64,000 nt of DNA. Source: a virus. Lineage: Duplodnaviria > Caudoviricetes. A program made the position numbers and the translations under genes. The stretch is taken from positions 64,001 to 128,000 of IMG/VR virus record IMGVR_UViG_3300023174_000047, one strand, 5' to 3'. The notes beneath the pieces are model-generated. The model saw nothing but the letters and a program-made list of their open reading frames with translations. It searched no databases and was not told where the DNA came from. Of this stretch, positions 53,885 through 64,000 are shown piece by piece (the stretch's first letter is position 1; each line of letters begins with the position of its first letter).

Positions 53885-55768
53885 TTAGTTTAACAAGATA
53901 GTCTGTGATCCAGATACGGAAGGTACAAAGTTGAGAACTCTAGTAGATGTAAGATTTAATACACTATTTTGAATGTTCCAAATTTGTTCAAAGATTCTAT
54001 TGAGTGTTCCTGCACTTGATGCAATTTCATTGTCATGCACATACAAGTTATTCACATTAGTTATGGCTAAACTATCAAATTCCTGTTGTGTGAACCCAGT
54101 TATACCGTTGTTTACTAAATTGCCAATGTAATCATAGCTTGCTGCATACCTGCCCATCAAATAGTTTTTAATATACAGAATATTTGTGAGTATTTTGTGC
54201 AATTCTTTGTTAAAAACGAAAGCTTGAATCATTTCTTTGTCATTAAATTTTAAATCTTTGACACTATAGTTTTGTCTGTCAATGGTTCCTAGCACTGTTG
54301 TGTATTGTGTGTTTTCTAGGTAGTGATTGATTCTATTGAACGTTTCAGTTTTATAGCCTGCAAATATAAAAATTTCATCAGCATCCATATCAGTTGGAAG
54401 CAAGCAGAAACTATTTACTATTACACCTCTTCTAACTCCAATGCCCCCATCATTCCAGCGCCATCTTGCGCGATTCCAACGTGAAAATTCATTGTTCCAA
54501 ATGTGTCGATTAACAAATCCACTTTTATAAAAAAGCCACTTACCAATGGTATTGAATGGTGTATTAACAAATTTTTTAAAAATGTTCGTATTTGTCGACA
54601 TATACATGATGTTGCTATCATTACATGAGAATTGTATACCCTTGAAAAACTCACCTGGTAACAATACATCGTTAATGATGTATTCTTGTTCAACAATTAA
54701 ATCCGCATTGCAAATTTGTAAAATATTCTGTCTACTGACTAATTTTTCAATTATTACATACATCTTGTTATATGTAGCATTATATTCCAAGGCCCGTACA
54801 TCTGATAAAACACCAGCTGTTGCAGCACGTGTTGCAACATATGATAAATTTGTATCATAAATTTTAATGCATCTGTTACCCTTGTCATAGACATACACTC
54901 TGTTGATTGCATCATTTGCATAGACAAGTCCTGGTGAATTAAATTTTGTTTTTGCAAGAGCATTGCCTTCGCCACCAATTGCTGCAACAAGATATCTTCT
55001 GTTTGTAACTGGTGTATCGTTTTTAAAGAATCCAGAGACATCATATTTGTATACATTGTTTTGCTTTGCATCACTAATATACATAAAATCACCAGCAATG
55101 CTAAAGCTACTCAATTGTAAGAATTGCAAGTCACTGTTTACATCTACAAATGTGTTGGTGCTTGTTACATCAAAAGTATTCAAGTGTATATCACTACTCA
55201 GTGCAACAAATGCAGTTGGCGATATGCCTAAAAAAGCATATCCTAAATCATCACTTATTTTGACAGCTTTAAACTGCATTGCGCTGCCAATCGTAGCTAA
55301 ATCAACACTCGATAGTGGTGCAAATGTTACTTGATCAGTAAGTTGTTGCGGAATCCATGCTGGTGCAGCACTCAAACACCCTGCAGAGCGGTCAAAGCCT
55401 TGTGGTATGTCATTATTTGCAATGAAGCACTTGGAATACACATACAATGTATTTGTATATAATTTGTGAAGTCTATCATTGAGTACTCTACCGTTGCAGG
55501 TTTCATTAGCTGCAATTAAAATATCCTTGTTGAAACTGTATGGAAGTGTTATATCATCAACGAGAAGCCGATCTCTAAAAAAAGTTGATTCAATTAAATC
55601 TGCTGCAAAAGTATGCTTATTATTTAATATACGTGTTTTATCCTCAAGTTGTCTGGATGCATATACAGTGCCATTATCTATATGATAATAGCCTGTGTAG
55701 TCAAAGCCTGTAAGAGTAAAGTCTTTGCCATCGGTGTAGCCAAACTTTATTGAAGAATAATCAATCAC
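53885..55768 (-). CDS. Virion protein with NHL-like beta-propeller
   Basis: MYISDAKQNNVYKYD, FNSPGLVY..VYVYDKGNRCIKIYD; GTG start 5 nt after TAAATA. Confidence 0.65.
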   Translation of the reverse strand: MIDYSSIKFGYTDGKDFTLTGFDYTGYYHIDNGTVYASRQLEDKTRILNNKHTFAADLIESTFFRDRLLVDDITLPYSFNKDILIAANETCNGRVLNDRLHKLYTNTLYVYSKCFIANNDIPQGFDRSAGCLSAAPAWIPQQLTDQVTFAPLSSVDLATIGSAMQFKAVKISDDLGYAFLGISPTAFVALSSDIHLNTFDVTSTNTFVDVNSDLQFLQLSSFSIAGDFMYISDAKQNNVYKYDVSGFFKNDTPVTNRRYLVAAIGGEGNALAKTKFNSPGLVYANDAINRVYVYDKGNRCIKIYDTNLSYVATRAATAGVLSDVRALEYNATYNKMYVIIEKLVSRQNILQICNADLIVEQEYIINDVLLPGEFFKGIQFSCNDSNIMYMSTNTNIFKKFVNTPFNTIGKWLFYKSGFVNRHIWNNEFSRWNRARWRWNDGGIGVRRGVIVNSFCLLPTDMDADEIFIFAGYKTETFNRINHYLENTQYTTVLGTIDRQNYSVKDLKFNDKEMIQAFVFNKELHKILTNILYIKNYLMGRYAASYDYIGNLVNNGITGFTQQEFDSLAITNVNNLYVHDNEIASSAGTLNRIFEQIWNIQNSVLNLTSTRVLNFVPSVSGSQTILLN

Positions 55769-55776
55769 ATCTTTAT

Positions 55777-58700
55777 TTACTCATAATCTGCAAATTCAAC
55801 ACCAAGGATGTTGACGGTTGCAGGAAGCGTTTGCGTAATTTCGCTCAATATATATTGTTGTAATGATGCTTTGAGACTTTCACTAATGATGCCTGAATTT
55901 TTGAGCACAATTTTTACATTGTTTGATTTCATACCGGGTGCACCAAAAGCAAACATACGCTTGATGGTATCAATGTTGCTGCGCAAGCCACAAGGCAAGT
56001 GAAATGTTAAATCGCTAACTGTAGAATCCTGCATAGATAAAAATCTTACATCATTATCTGATAATGCTTTTGCATACAACAATGGATACATCAATGTTGC
56101 ATTGCTTGCAAAGTAAGCATTTTGTTGTTTTAAAAACTGTGGCAATGTCTGACCATTAACAAACTGTGCCGCTCCAAATGCAATTGCATTAGATAAAAGA
56201 GGCTGCTGCACAGCGTATTTAGCAGCACCGAAATTAATTGAATCAGCTACTTTACCATTTATAAAGAGTGTAGCATTGCCTTGTATAGCATCTAATCTCA
56301 ATGCAAAGTGTTTAGTGCCAGGCTGTAATTTACTTAAATCAATGGAAGTTGTAACTGTTTTAATGTCGCGATTGTTGTATTTGTTTTCAAGTTTAAGTAC
56401 AAAATCAAGCTTTTTGCCACGGTTTTGATATTTCTGCTGCAAATAATATGCATTTGTTAAGTTATACAGTGTGTCTTTGTAATACTTTATAGCAGTTGCA
56501 CGTGTTTCAGTAATAATGCCATCTTTGTTGATCTTGGTAAGATAAATGTTGTCATTGAGATCGCGTGACGCTACAATAGTAGCATCAATGTTTTCTAAAC
56601 CAATGTATTCATAACAATTTGCAATTGCAAAGTTAGTAGCGCTCAATGCACTCAATGCAGGATTAGCAAGGATTCTATATTGCAAAACACGCTCACCATT
56701 GAATTTAACAATTTCAGTATCACCATTGAGTATATATATGTTATTTTCTCTATCTGTGCAAAAGTCTCTGATGTACTTGATGGTTGATCCTGCTGAGAGT
56801 GATCGGAATGCTACAAACTGGTTGTTATTTGCATAATTGTATGATATAATCTGATTATCATTGTATAGATAGAGCACAGTATTTTCACCATAAGCAACAG
56901 TCTTTGTGCCTGTGGTACTAACAATGCCCCTATCACCATAAGTTATGCTATTTGATCCTGATGTTGTTGTAAAAGTTGATAATGTCTCAGTGATAAAATT
57001 AAAATGAGACACAGTAGCCTTGTCGGAATGTAAAATATAAATGCTATCACCATTCTGAGCCACATCAATCCAATTGTTTGTAAGTTGTTGCGGAGCAGCA
57101 TCATCATTTGGAATAAGATTCCGAGCTTTCAGTTGAGCAGTTATAAGTTGTGCATAATATTGTGGAGTGTATGCTGGAGTAACACGATACACATAATCAA
57201 CAGCATCTATATCCGACAATCCATTGTCACCAGCATAATAATCTGTACCGTTTTGTATAGCATTTAAGAAGCCACGGAATCCTTTATATAAACCATTGTC
57301 TGTATTTACTTGAAATATAACAGAATTAACTTCATAGGGGGATGTTGTAAAATATTCACGTGCATTAATAATATCGTATTTCAATACACTATTTGCAAAT
57401 GATGTATTGAAGGGCAGCGTCTCAGCATCATAAGATGAAGATTCATCTTGAAACACGAGATTTATAACTCTTGTGATGCTGTTTGATGTTCTTGGTGCAG
57501 ATAACATCAAAAGTGTACACTCATACGAGTACGCATCCTTATCATAATATATATCAGTGTAGTCGCTGAAGAGTTTTACCTGGACGCGCTCGTTATATAT
57601 TGTTTCATCATTATCAAAAAAAGGTAACAGTGTAGCTTTAAGAATTGTATCGCGCATTTTCTGCAATGGTGCGAGTGTTTCACTCATGGATCCGGAATCA
57701 TCAAACCAAATGTTGAGTTGAGTTTTAGTATCGATGGCTGAAATGGCTGCAGCAGATGCACGCTTTACAAGTGTAAATTTGTCGTATAAAGTGCCATCTG
57801 CTTGCAGCTTATATATGGCATTATTTGTAATTATGCCAAAATCACTTGTTGCATCAAATTGAGCAGTTGCAATTGGCCGCTCTGGAATAAGAGTGTTGGT
57901 AATTGGCTCAAAATTACTGTTATAAATGTTAATGGCTGATGTACTCTGCATTAATATAAATGGTGTAACAACAGGATCTATAATGAAACCAAATCCTGTA
58001 CTAGTTAAATTGCCGAGTATCTGATATCCATTGAGACGATTCCAGTCATCACACTTGAGCCAAAATGAAATTGTAAAGCCATAGTTACTATTCACTGCAT
58101 CATAATCTCTAATTACATCATATGAATTGCCATCCAATGCATAAGACTTGCCTGCAATGTATGCATCAGAATATGGTTGATTGTTGCTTGACTTCCACTG
58201 TAGCCCATCAGCTACAAGTGTTTTTGCATGAGTATTGAGCTGCTGTTCAATGCGCTTGTTGCCAATTCTATAATAAAAATATTCAGTATTTGGTGTAAAT
58301 GTGACGTCACTTTTTTTATCAAAGAAATCATAGGCAAAAGATTGCTGCTGCAAATATGCATTTACAAAGTTCTCATATGTTCCATATGTTGCATTGACTG
58401 CCTTTGATGCATCCATTGGAGACATCTTGTTTGTATTGTAATATCTATCAACCCACTCTGCATTCTTCACGTTTGGGCCAGCTGACAACCATGTGCATAG
58501 GTATTGACCATCTGCTCCCTGTGCATCATTCTTTAGAGTGAGAATTTGATCTGATGTATATGGAGAGTCGCCTGCATATGCACCATCTGTACGCAGAGAA
58601 GCATCATTTACATTGAGCTGGGTGTAAGGAAATACAGATTGTGATGTTTTGAATGCAGTGTATGCATCCGACTTAGCAACAAAATCATTGCCTACCATTG

Positions 58701-59775
58701 CAAAGTTAATGCTTATATTCTCATCACCTTTTTCTTGACTGTTGCCAGCTAAGATGTTGGTATATTCTCTATTAATGGGGCCTGGATTGTTGTTGCGCAG
58801 GTTAGTATAACTTGCTTTATCAAGTGTCCCGAGCTGTGTAGCTTGATTTTTTAATACAAAGGGTCTTGCAGGTACCTGTGTTGGTGTGGCATCACAATAT
58901 TGTGATGCTACAATCATGTTACTCGGTAAATCTGTCAAGATAGTCTCATTATCGATGTATAGCTTGTTGATGTCTTCAGTTGCATAAGAAGCCCATGACG
59001 CATTTAATTTAGCATCTGTTTCTAAAAAGTTTGATCTTACAAGCAAATTGAAATTATTAAAGTGCATGTAATTGATTGCATTTGATGCACTTAAAATCTG
59101 CATTTTATTTGAATCAAAACCGGATACACCTAAGAATTTAGTACGGTTGCCTGATAAAGGCTTTCTTAAAAACAGAGATTCACCCGAATTATCAAAAATA
59201 TATTCAAATATTGTTTCATCAATGTAATTGAAGTTCAACTCATCGTATGGTTCATAGCCTGCTGCAAAAACTATATCCTCATTTGAATTAACTGCAAGGT
59301 AGAATTTTTCATGCTTGTATTTGTAACAAATGCGTGCATACTGCTCATTCAACATTTCAATGTTGAATATAGATTGTGCGGGGTAGGGCATTTTATCAAG
59401 AGGCAGCATGCGATGTGATGTTGCCACATTATAATCCTGTGTTAATGTTTCATCTTCATTATCAAAGTATAGATACTTGGTTGAAGCATTAGTCTCTGCT
59501 GTTACAGATACACCGATGCGTGAGTCTAATATAAATCCTGGACGCGTTTCTAGAGTACGCATATCAAATACATCATCTAGTGTGATGTCATTTGACAATA
59601 CCAGTGCACTGTAATTGTTCATTGAAACATCACGTGCACCGAGCATGCAGTTATGCAAAAAAATGTTTATACCTTGCTGATTGTTGCTGAAGCTACCTTT
59701 GAACTTGAAGTCAACATCAGATTCATAAGTGCAGCTTGCACTTGTCATGTGTGTTGAATAATTAAATACCTGCAT
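55777..59775 (-). CDS. Large virion protein with LamG-like, propeller-like and vWA-like segments
   Basis: FTISFWLK and HFALRL..ATLFINGK (LamG halves); WFDDSGSM (vWA-like). Confidence 0.65.
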   Translation of the reverse strand: MQVFNYSTHMTSASCTYESDVDFKFKGSFSNNQQGINIFLHNCMLGARDVSMNNYSALVLSNDITLDDVFDMRTLETRPGFILDSRIGVSVTAETNASTKYLYFDNEDETLTQDYNVATSHRMLPLDKMPYPAQSIFNIEMLNEQYARICYKYKHEKFYLAVNSNEDIVFAAGYEPYDELNFNYIDETIFEYIFDNSGESLFLRKPLSGNRTKFLGVSGFDSNKMQILSASNAINYMHFNNFNLLVRSNFLETDAKLNASWASYATEDINKLYIDNETILTDLPSNMIVASQYCDATPTQVPARPFVLKNQATQLGTLDKASYTNLRNNNPGPINREYTNILAGNSQEKGDENISINFAMVGNDFVAKSDAYTAFKTSQSVFPYTQLNVNDASLRTDGAYAGDSPYTSDQILTLKNDAQGADGQYLCTWLSAGPNVKNAEWVDRYYNTNKMSPMDASKAVNATYGTYENFVNAYLQQQSFAYDFFDKKSDVTFTPNTEYFYYRIGNKRIEQQLNTHAKTLVADGLQWKSSNNQPYSDAYIAGKSYALDGNSYDVIRDYDAVNSNYGFTISFWLKCDDWNRLNGYQILGNLTSTGFGFIIDPVVTPFILMQSTSAINIYNSNFEPITNTLIPERPIATAQFDATSDFGIITNNAIYKLQADGTLYDKFTLVKRASAAAISAIDTKTQLNIWFDDSGSMSETLAPLQKMRDTILKATLLPFFDNDETIYNERVQVKLFSDYTDIYYDKDAYSYECTLLMLSAPRTSNSITRVINLVFQDESSSYDAETLPFNTSFANSVLKYDIINAREYFTTSPYEVNSVIFQVNTDNGLYKGFRGFLNAIQNGTDYYAGDNGLSDIDAVDYVYRVTPAYTPQYYAQLITAQLKARNLIPNDDAAPQQLTNNWIDVAQNGDSIYILHSDKATVSHFNFITETLSTFTTTSGSNSITYGDRGIVSTTGTKTVAYGENTVLYLYNDNQIISYNYANNNQFVAFRSLSAGSTIKYIRDFCTDRENNIYILNGDTEIVKFNGERVLQYRILANPALSALSATNFAIANCYEYIGLENIDATIVASRDLNDNIYLTKINKDGIITETRATAIKYYKDTLYNLTNAYYLQQKYQNRGKKLDFVLKLENKYNNRDIKTVTTSIDLSKLQPGTKHFALRLDAIQGNATLFINGKVADSINFGAAKYAVQQPLLSNAIAFGAAQFVNGQTLPQFLKQQNAYFASNATLMYPLLYAKALSDNDVRFLSMQDSTVSDLTFHLPCGLRSNIDTIKRMFAFGAPGMKSNNVKIVLKNSGIISESLKASLQQYILSEITQTLPATVNILGVEFADYE

Positions 59776-59796
59776 ATGAGTATTTAACTCATTGCC

Positions 59797-60786
59797 TTAG
59801 TATTTGATGCAAGGAAGTAATGCAATGTTGCGTGGACGAGCTCCGCCTACCCATGCTTCTGTTGGAGTTGGGCCTTCCGTAAAAGGATTTAGTGTATTAG
59901 TGTATGTATTGCCTTTTAGTCGAACACGCCCGTTATAATTATCTATTAAAGCAGCTTGTGTTAACACATCAAGACTAAGAGCTGCAGATGAATTGGTTGG
60001 ATCGTCATCTAAGGTAGACGTATTCCATACAGCATCATTCCTCTCATCAAAACCAATCAACGATGCATTTTGCGTTGTTCCAAATACACGCCCCCCATCA
60101 ATATTCTTTACTACACCACCTGCTTGATCCCATCCACGAGCAAACAATCCTCTCATGTCAGGCAATTGCCTATAGCTACCATATGTACTTTGTAAAACAG
60201 CAATGAGTGCTGAAAAGTCTGCAGTAACACCTTGAATTGTTGCAGGATTACCACTTGGAATTATATCACCATTGCATACAAGATATCCATATGGTCTTGT
60301 GTCGCCAGCAAACCATATAACAGTACCTGCAGGCACCAGTGGTGGTAAAGAGCTGCCTGAAATAGACGAAAACAATGTATCAACATATTGTTTAGTTGCT
60401 GCATGAAGATTTGCACTGGGGTTACCAAAAAGAGTCAAGTAGCCTGTCATGGTGCTGCCTGAAAGGGCCACAAATGTTGATTTAACATTGGTAAAAACCT
60501 GTGCATCACCTGTATCCACATATTGTTTAGTTGCTGCATTGAGATTAATGATGGGATCCCCAGAAAGAGTCAAGTGGCCTGTCATAGTGCCCCCGGATTT
60601 ACTCACCTTTGTATTGTAAAGGTCAGGTAAAATTACTGCACTCAGTGATTTATAAAGATTTGAAAAAGTAATTTGCTTGGTATACCCATCTGCACCCATT
60701 TGATCTATTGCAAATACATCACCGTTATACAATATAGTTGCTGGAGGTAATTGAGATATATTAACTTGTTGTGCTTGCTGTGCCAT
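59797..60786 (-). CDS. Tail fibre with tail collar domain and two 45-aa repeats
   Basis: GGTMTGHLTL..AATKQYVD x2 (135-nt period); VPAGTVIWFAG..GYLVCNG..LPDMRGLFARGWD..RPRNIALLPCIKY. Confidence 0.85.
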   Translation of the reverse strand: MAQQAQQVNISQLPPATILYNGDVFAIDQMGADGYTKQITFSNLYKSLSAVILPDLYNTKVSKSGGTMTGHLTLSGDPIINLNAATKQYVDTGDAQVFTNVKSTFVALSGSTMTGYLTLFGNPSANLHAATKQYVDTLFSSISGSSLPPLVPAGTVIWFAGDTRPYGYLVCNGDIIPSGNPATIQGVTADFSALIAVLQSTYGSYRQLPDMRGLFARGWDQAGGVVKNIDGGRVFGTTQNASLIGFDERNDAVWNTSTLDDDPTNSSAALSLDVLTQAALIDNYNGRVRLKGNTYTNTLNPFTEGPTPTEAWVGGARPRNIALLPCIKY

Positions 60787-60801
60787 GTGTTTATTTATGT
60801 G

Positions 60802-61452
60802 TTAAGTAGAGAGTCGAGGCACAATAGCATATTGAAAAATTCTTGTTGTAATTGGTAGTCCATTGCGGGTTGCAAGTACTTTGCCAGAAATTGATGTAGT
60901 ATCATCATTAATTTGTTGCACCGGTAATTCATCTTTACTCAAATATAAATTAAATACATTACCATTTGCATCACTTGCAAGCGCAAAAATATCATGCGAA
61001 GATGTGGGCATGATTTGTGTTGTTAGTATATTCACTTGCCTGACAGAATTATAATATGAATCTTTAGCTAAATTAAACAGTATTTTATGTGTACCAACAT
61101 AACTTGATGTATAATGCATCACAAAAATTGCTGTGAGTGAAGTAGAAAAGGAAGAGGTCTGCTTCACATAAGTATGATTAATATTTTGAGAAACACTCAT
61201 AATTTTGCCAGATTGCGCAATCTCAATGGCACCTGCAGTTTCAATGGTGTTGTGTATATCTAAAGCATCTTCATAAGTCACACCATCGCCAAAATTACCA
61301 GTGACATGCATAATAGGATCCACCTCCTCTGCAATTTGAAACAAATTAAACACAACTGGCGTTGTCCCCTTGATGAAATACGGCCCATACACTGATGTAT
61401 AGTCAGATGTTGGCTTAGCAGCAGATAGATTAATGTTTAGCGTTGTATTCAT
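60802..61452 (-). CDS. Putative structural protein (beta-sandwich, PKD-like)
   Basis: NFGDG..INHTY motif; within the structural operon. Confidence 0.5.
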   Translation of the reverse strand: MNTTLNINLSAAKPTSDYTSVYGPYFIKGTTPVVFNLFQIAEEVDPIMHVTGNFGDGVTYEDALDIHNTIETAGAIEIAQSGKIMSVSQNINHTYVKQTSSFSTSLTAIFVMHYTSSYVGTHKILFNLAKDSYYNSVRQVNILTTQIMPTSSHDIFALASDANGNVFNLYLSKDELPVQQINDDTTSISGKVLATRNGLPITTRIFQYAIVPRLST

Positions 61453-64000
61453 TAGTTGAAGAAAAGAGTTCCACCCGTATTACGAAAAGATGCATTTGCA
61501 GATGATAATGTTTTAATAGTAGAGAACGACGATAGTGCATATGCAAAGTTGTATGTTGTTGCGACATCATCTGGTGCAAACACACCTACAAGATTATGAT
61601 CAAAAGCAACTTCACCGCCCACCACATTAAACCATGCGGTAAAAATATATGACATGTTGTTTAAATCATAGCCTGTCCAAGATGCAGCAAACTTATCATT
61701 TTGTTGTGCATAGGAAATAACTGCATCTGCAACTCTAACAATGTTGATGCTGCTTAGTGGATTCATAAACAGAGTTGATAACACAGGCACATCAGAGTCT
61801 AAAGGATACATTTTTGTTAATTTATTTGCATCAACATCGTATTTATAAATGGTTGGGTAAATAGTCTTTTGATTGCTCGTGCTGAGAGAGTCCTGCAATG
61901 TAGTTGTCTTGAACGTCCATACATTGTTTTGATGTTCAATGAAGAAAGAATTAGATGCAGTTTCGTATGCACCTGTTGCTGCAACTGTGCTGTTGAATGT
62001 GCCTGGTTTTATAAATGCACCAGAATCATCAACTGCAATTTTGTCAAATACAACATAATCAGGTGTTTTAATGATGATACAATCATAAATTAAGTTAAAA
62101 TCTCGCACAGTAGCAGAATATAACTGACTCTTGACGGCAGCTGGATATTTTGAAAATGTTGCTGATAGTGCTGAAGACAATGCCTGTACTTCATTGGTTG
62201 TAATATTCTTGACAAAGATATTGCCCGCTAAGTGTTTAATTTCTTCAATGTTTTCATCACCAATTGCTGCACTCGGTGCAAGCACAGATGTGCAATTTGG
62301 ATTGACTTGCGCAATATAATTGCCTATGGATTGTGAATAATCATAATCTGGTACACTGTAACAATTATTATTAAAATAATTACTATCAAACACCTGATAT
62401 TTGTTGCTTGAAAGAGCAGGCGCTACAATTGTTGCCGTCAAAGCTGCAACCAATCTCCCAGGCAAAAGAACATTTGTTGCACTCAGGCCTGCATCACATA
62501 AAGTTGCATAATAAACCTTAGAAGAAGTATTCCAGGCATTTAAATCAGATGAAACATCTGGCAGCAGGGAATTGTCTGGTGCCGTAAAATATCCACCATC
62601 TCTTGTGATGCAATTGTATGTTGTTTGAATATTTTCACATGCAAAATAAGGTGTATATTCTCTAAAATAAAGAGTATATTTGCTACCCGTCAAAGCAAAC
62701 ATGCCTGCACTTGCAAAGGTATAACCAGTAGAAAATGTACCACCTGCAGGCGGTATTTCATCAATAGTTTTTGCTGTCAATCCAGTTCTAATGGATCCAA
62801 AATAATCGGATTCTACCACCTCATAATCAAAACCAAACCCCTCCGTTAAATCATTAAAAACATGTCCATCAATGGTAATGCATTTTGAGTTGATATTGTT
62901 GATGTTGTTTTGATTTTGATTGTATCTCCTGATGTCTTTGAGCAGGCCATATTCATTGCCATATACATCTTGTTTGTATTGTGTAAATATACCCTGATCA
63001 AAAATACGCTGCAATTTAGAATTAAAACTTGAAACATTGTGAGTTTCTGCGTTTATATACAAAGGTTCTGAGAAGTATGCAAAGTAATTTTGCAAGTATT
63101 CGTTGCTTTTGATGTACCCATATGCCATGCCTGCATCAAGCTTTTTAATGCTGCCGGAATAATCAATGGCATATTGCAGTGGGTATTCGAGATTGCTAAA
63201 ATAGAAATTGGTTACATTACCATAAATGCTTGGATCTGGAAAAATATATACATAATTGGGCTTGAGATTGATCTGATTAACAAAATAACTTTTGTTAGCC
63301 GCAGCAAACTGAATAACACCCATTTTGTCTGGACGGAAAAACAACCCCAACTGTTTTGCTGTTTGTAACTGATTTTCTGCAACAGATGCTGTTGTAACGA
63401 AGCGTTTATTTACCAAATTCGCACTTGGATTATCTGCTTTAAACAATTGACCTGAAACAAATTGACTCTGTGAATTAGTTGATAGATAATAATAATCTGC
63501 TCCAATATACTTCTGCATTAATCTGCGCTTGAGATCATAGTTTGATGAAAGAGCCTGCGTGTCTGCATTTAGTAAACTTGCAATTGGATCAATGGCACAG
63601 TTGAAGTCAAACAATGTCTTCTCAATGAAGCGCTTGGGGTTAATGAATATACCCATGCCAATCTCCTTGAGATAAAATGGCGTTGAAAATATTTCCTGCA
63701 TTACAGCACCATCAAATCCGAGAAATATATTAGCAGAAATTGCATTCACATTGCTCGTAAAATACTGTTTGCGCAATGCATTTGTAATTTCTAGATCTTC
63801 TGCACTTGCAGAAGGATCCAAATCAAAGTAATTGCTATGTGTATCAAAATAATCAATTACATCAATCTGAAGTGTTTGTGCAATTTGATTGACATCTATT
63901 GCATACGAGCTTTCATCTCGCGATGCATACAAATAATCAATGATGTTTTGAAAAATTGTTTTCTCAATTGAAAAGGTAGTACCTTTGCTCTTGACATGCT
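61452..64000 (-). CDS. Large structural (baseplate/tail-like) protein, 5' end truncated by the window edge
   Basis: The frame stays open from 63932 to the edge (..HVKSKGTTFSIEKTIFQNIIDYLYASRD), so the tracked TTG start is an artefact. Confidence 0.65.
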   Translation of the reverse strand, partial: HVKSKGTTFSIEKTIFQNIIDYLYASRDESSYAIDVNQIAQTLQIDVIDYFDTHSNYFDLDPSASAEDLEITNALRKQYFTSNVNAISANIFLGFDGAVMQEIFSTPFYLKEIGMGIFINPKRFIEKTLFDFNCAIDPIASLLNADTQALSSNYDLKRRLMQKYIGADYYYLSTNSQSQFVSGQLFKADNPSANLVNKRFVTTASVAENQLQTAKQLGLFFRPDKMGVIQFAAANKSYFVNQINLKPNYVYIFPDPSIYGNVTNFYFSNLEYPLQYAIDYSGSIKKLDAGMAYGYIKSNEYLQNYFAYFSEPLYINAETHNVSSFNSKLQRIFDQGIFTQYKQDVYGNEYGLLKDIRRYNQNQNNINNINSKCITIDGHVFNDLTEGFGFDYEVVESDYFGSIRTGLTAKTIDEIPPAGGTFSTGYTFASAGMFALTGSKYTLYFREYTPYFACENIQTTYNCITRDGGYFTAPDNSLLPDVSSDLNAWNTSSKVYYATLCDAGLSATNVLLPGRLVAALTATIVAPALSSNKYQVFDSNYFNNNCYSVPDYDYSQSIGNYIAQVNPNCTSVLAPSAAIGDENIEEIKHLAGNIFVKNITTNEVQALSSALSATFSKYPAAVKSQLYSATVRDFNLIYDCIIIKTPDYVVFDKIAVDDSGAFIKPGTFNSTVAATGAYETASNSFFIEHQNNVWTFKTTTLQDSLSTSNQKTIYPTIYKYDVDANKLTKMYPLDSDVPVLSTLFMNPLSSINIVRVADAVISYAQQNDKFAASWTGYDLNNMSYIFTAWFNVVGGEVAFDHNLVGVFAPDDVATTYNFAYALSSFSTIKTLSSANASFRNTGGTLFFN

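Noticed and set aside
331-63368. The many 60-130 aa ORFs antisense to or nested in long genes
   Set aside because: They have no motifs or promoter signals and lie entirely within well-supported genes.
63930-63932. TTG start for the last large ORF
   Set aside because: The frame is open to the window edge, so the gene starts outside the window.
1-64000. Stop-codon reassignment, as in some large phages
   Set aside because: Conserved genes are full length in the standard code and TAA, TAG and TGA all end genes; the polymerase breaks are explained by mobile elements.
1-64000. Eukaryotic giant virus or bacterial chromosome origin (many glycosyltransferases, few SD motifs)
   Set aside because: gp55, gp32, UvsW/X/Y, gp46/47, gp41, gp61, late TATAAATA motifs and tail collar domains indicate a T4-like phage.
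1-64000. dpdA/tgt, queF, tRNA or rRNA genes
   Set aside because: None was recognised by eye and intergenic gaps are too short for tRNAs. Absence applies only to this window and was not tested by HMM.

Overview
This is an AT-rich, densely coding segment of a large T4-like (myovirus-type) phage genome read in the standard code. It has five parts. (1) 1-5.8 kb: a glycan-biosynthesis island (methyltransferase, epimerase, six glycosyltransferase-like genes). (2) 6.7-12 kb: queE, queD, folE, phoH, a NUDIX hydrolase and a P-loop kinase. (3) 12-15 kb: small late genes, several with T4 capsid-targeting-like N-termini. (4) 15-41 kb: a T4-type replication/recombination block (UvsY, UvsW, gp55, gp47, gp46, gp43, UvsX, gp41, gp32, gp45-like, RNase H, gp61) that also holds queC and a stand-alone class II glutamine amidotransferase. 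(5) 43-64 kb: a second glycosyltransferase island followed by tail, fibre and baseplate genes. The standout is the family B DNA polymerase, which is broken three times by three mechanisms within about 5.3 kb. There is a true gene split at the fingers tip, occupied by an antisense GIY-YIG endonuclease. There is an ORF-less 241-nt group I intron in motif B (24158-24398) that the ORF track does not show. There is a naturally split intein in motif C whose halves flank a free-standing Vsr/EDxHD-like endonuclease. Two promoter-like motifs sit 5-9 nt from start codons, suggesting mostly leaderless mRNAs. All family calls come from motif recognition by eye; no database searches were run. No tRNA, rRNA or CRISPR array was seen.
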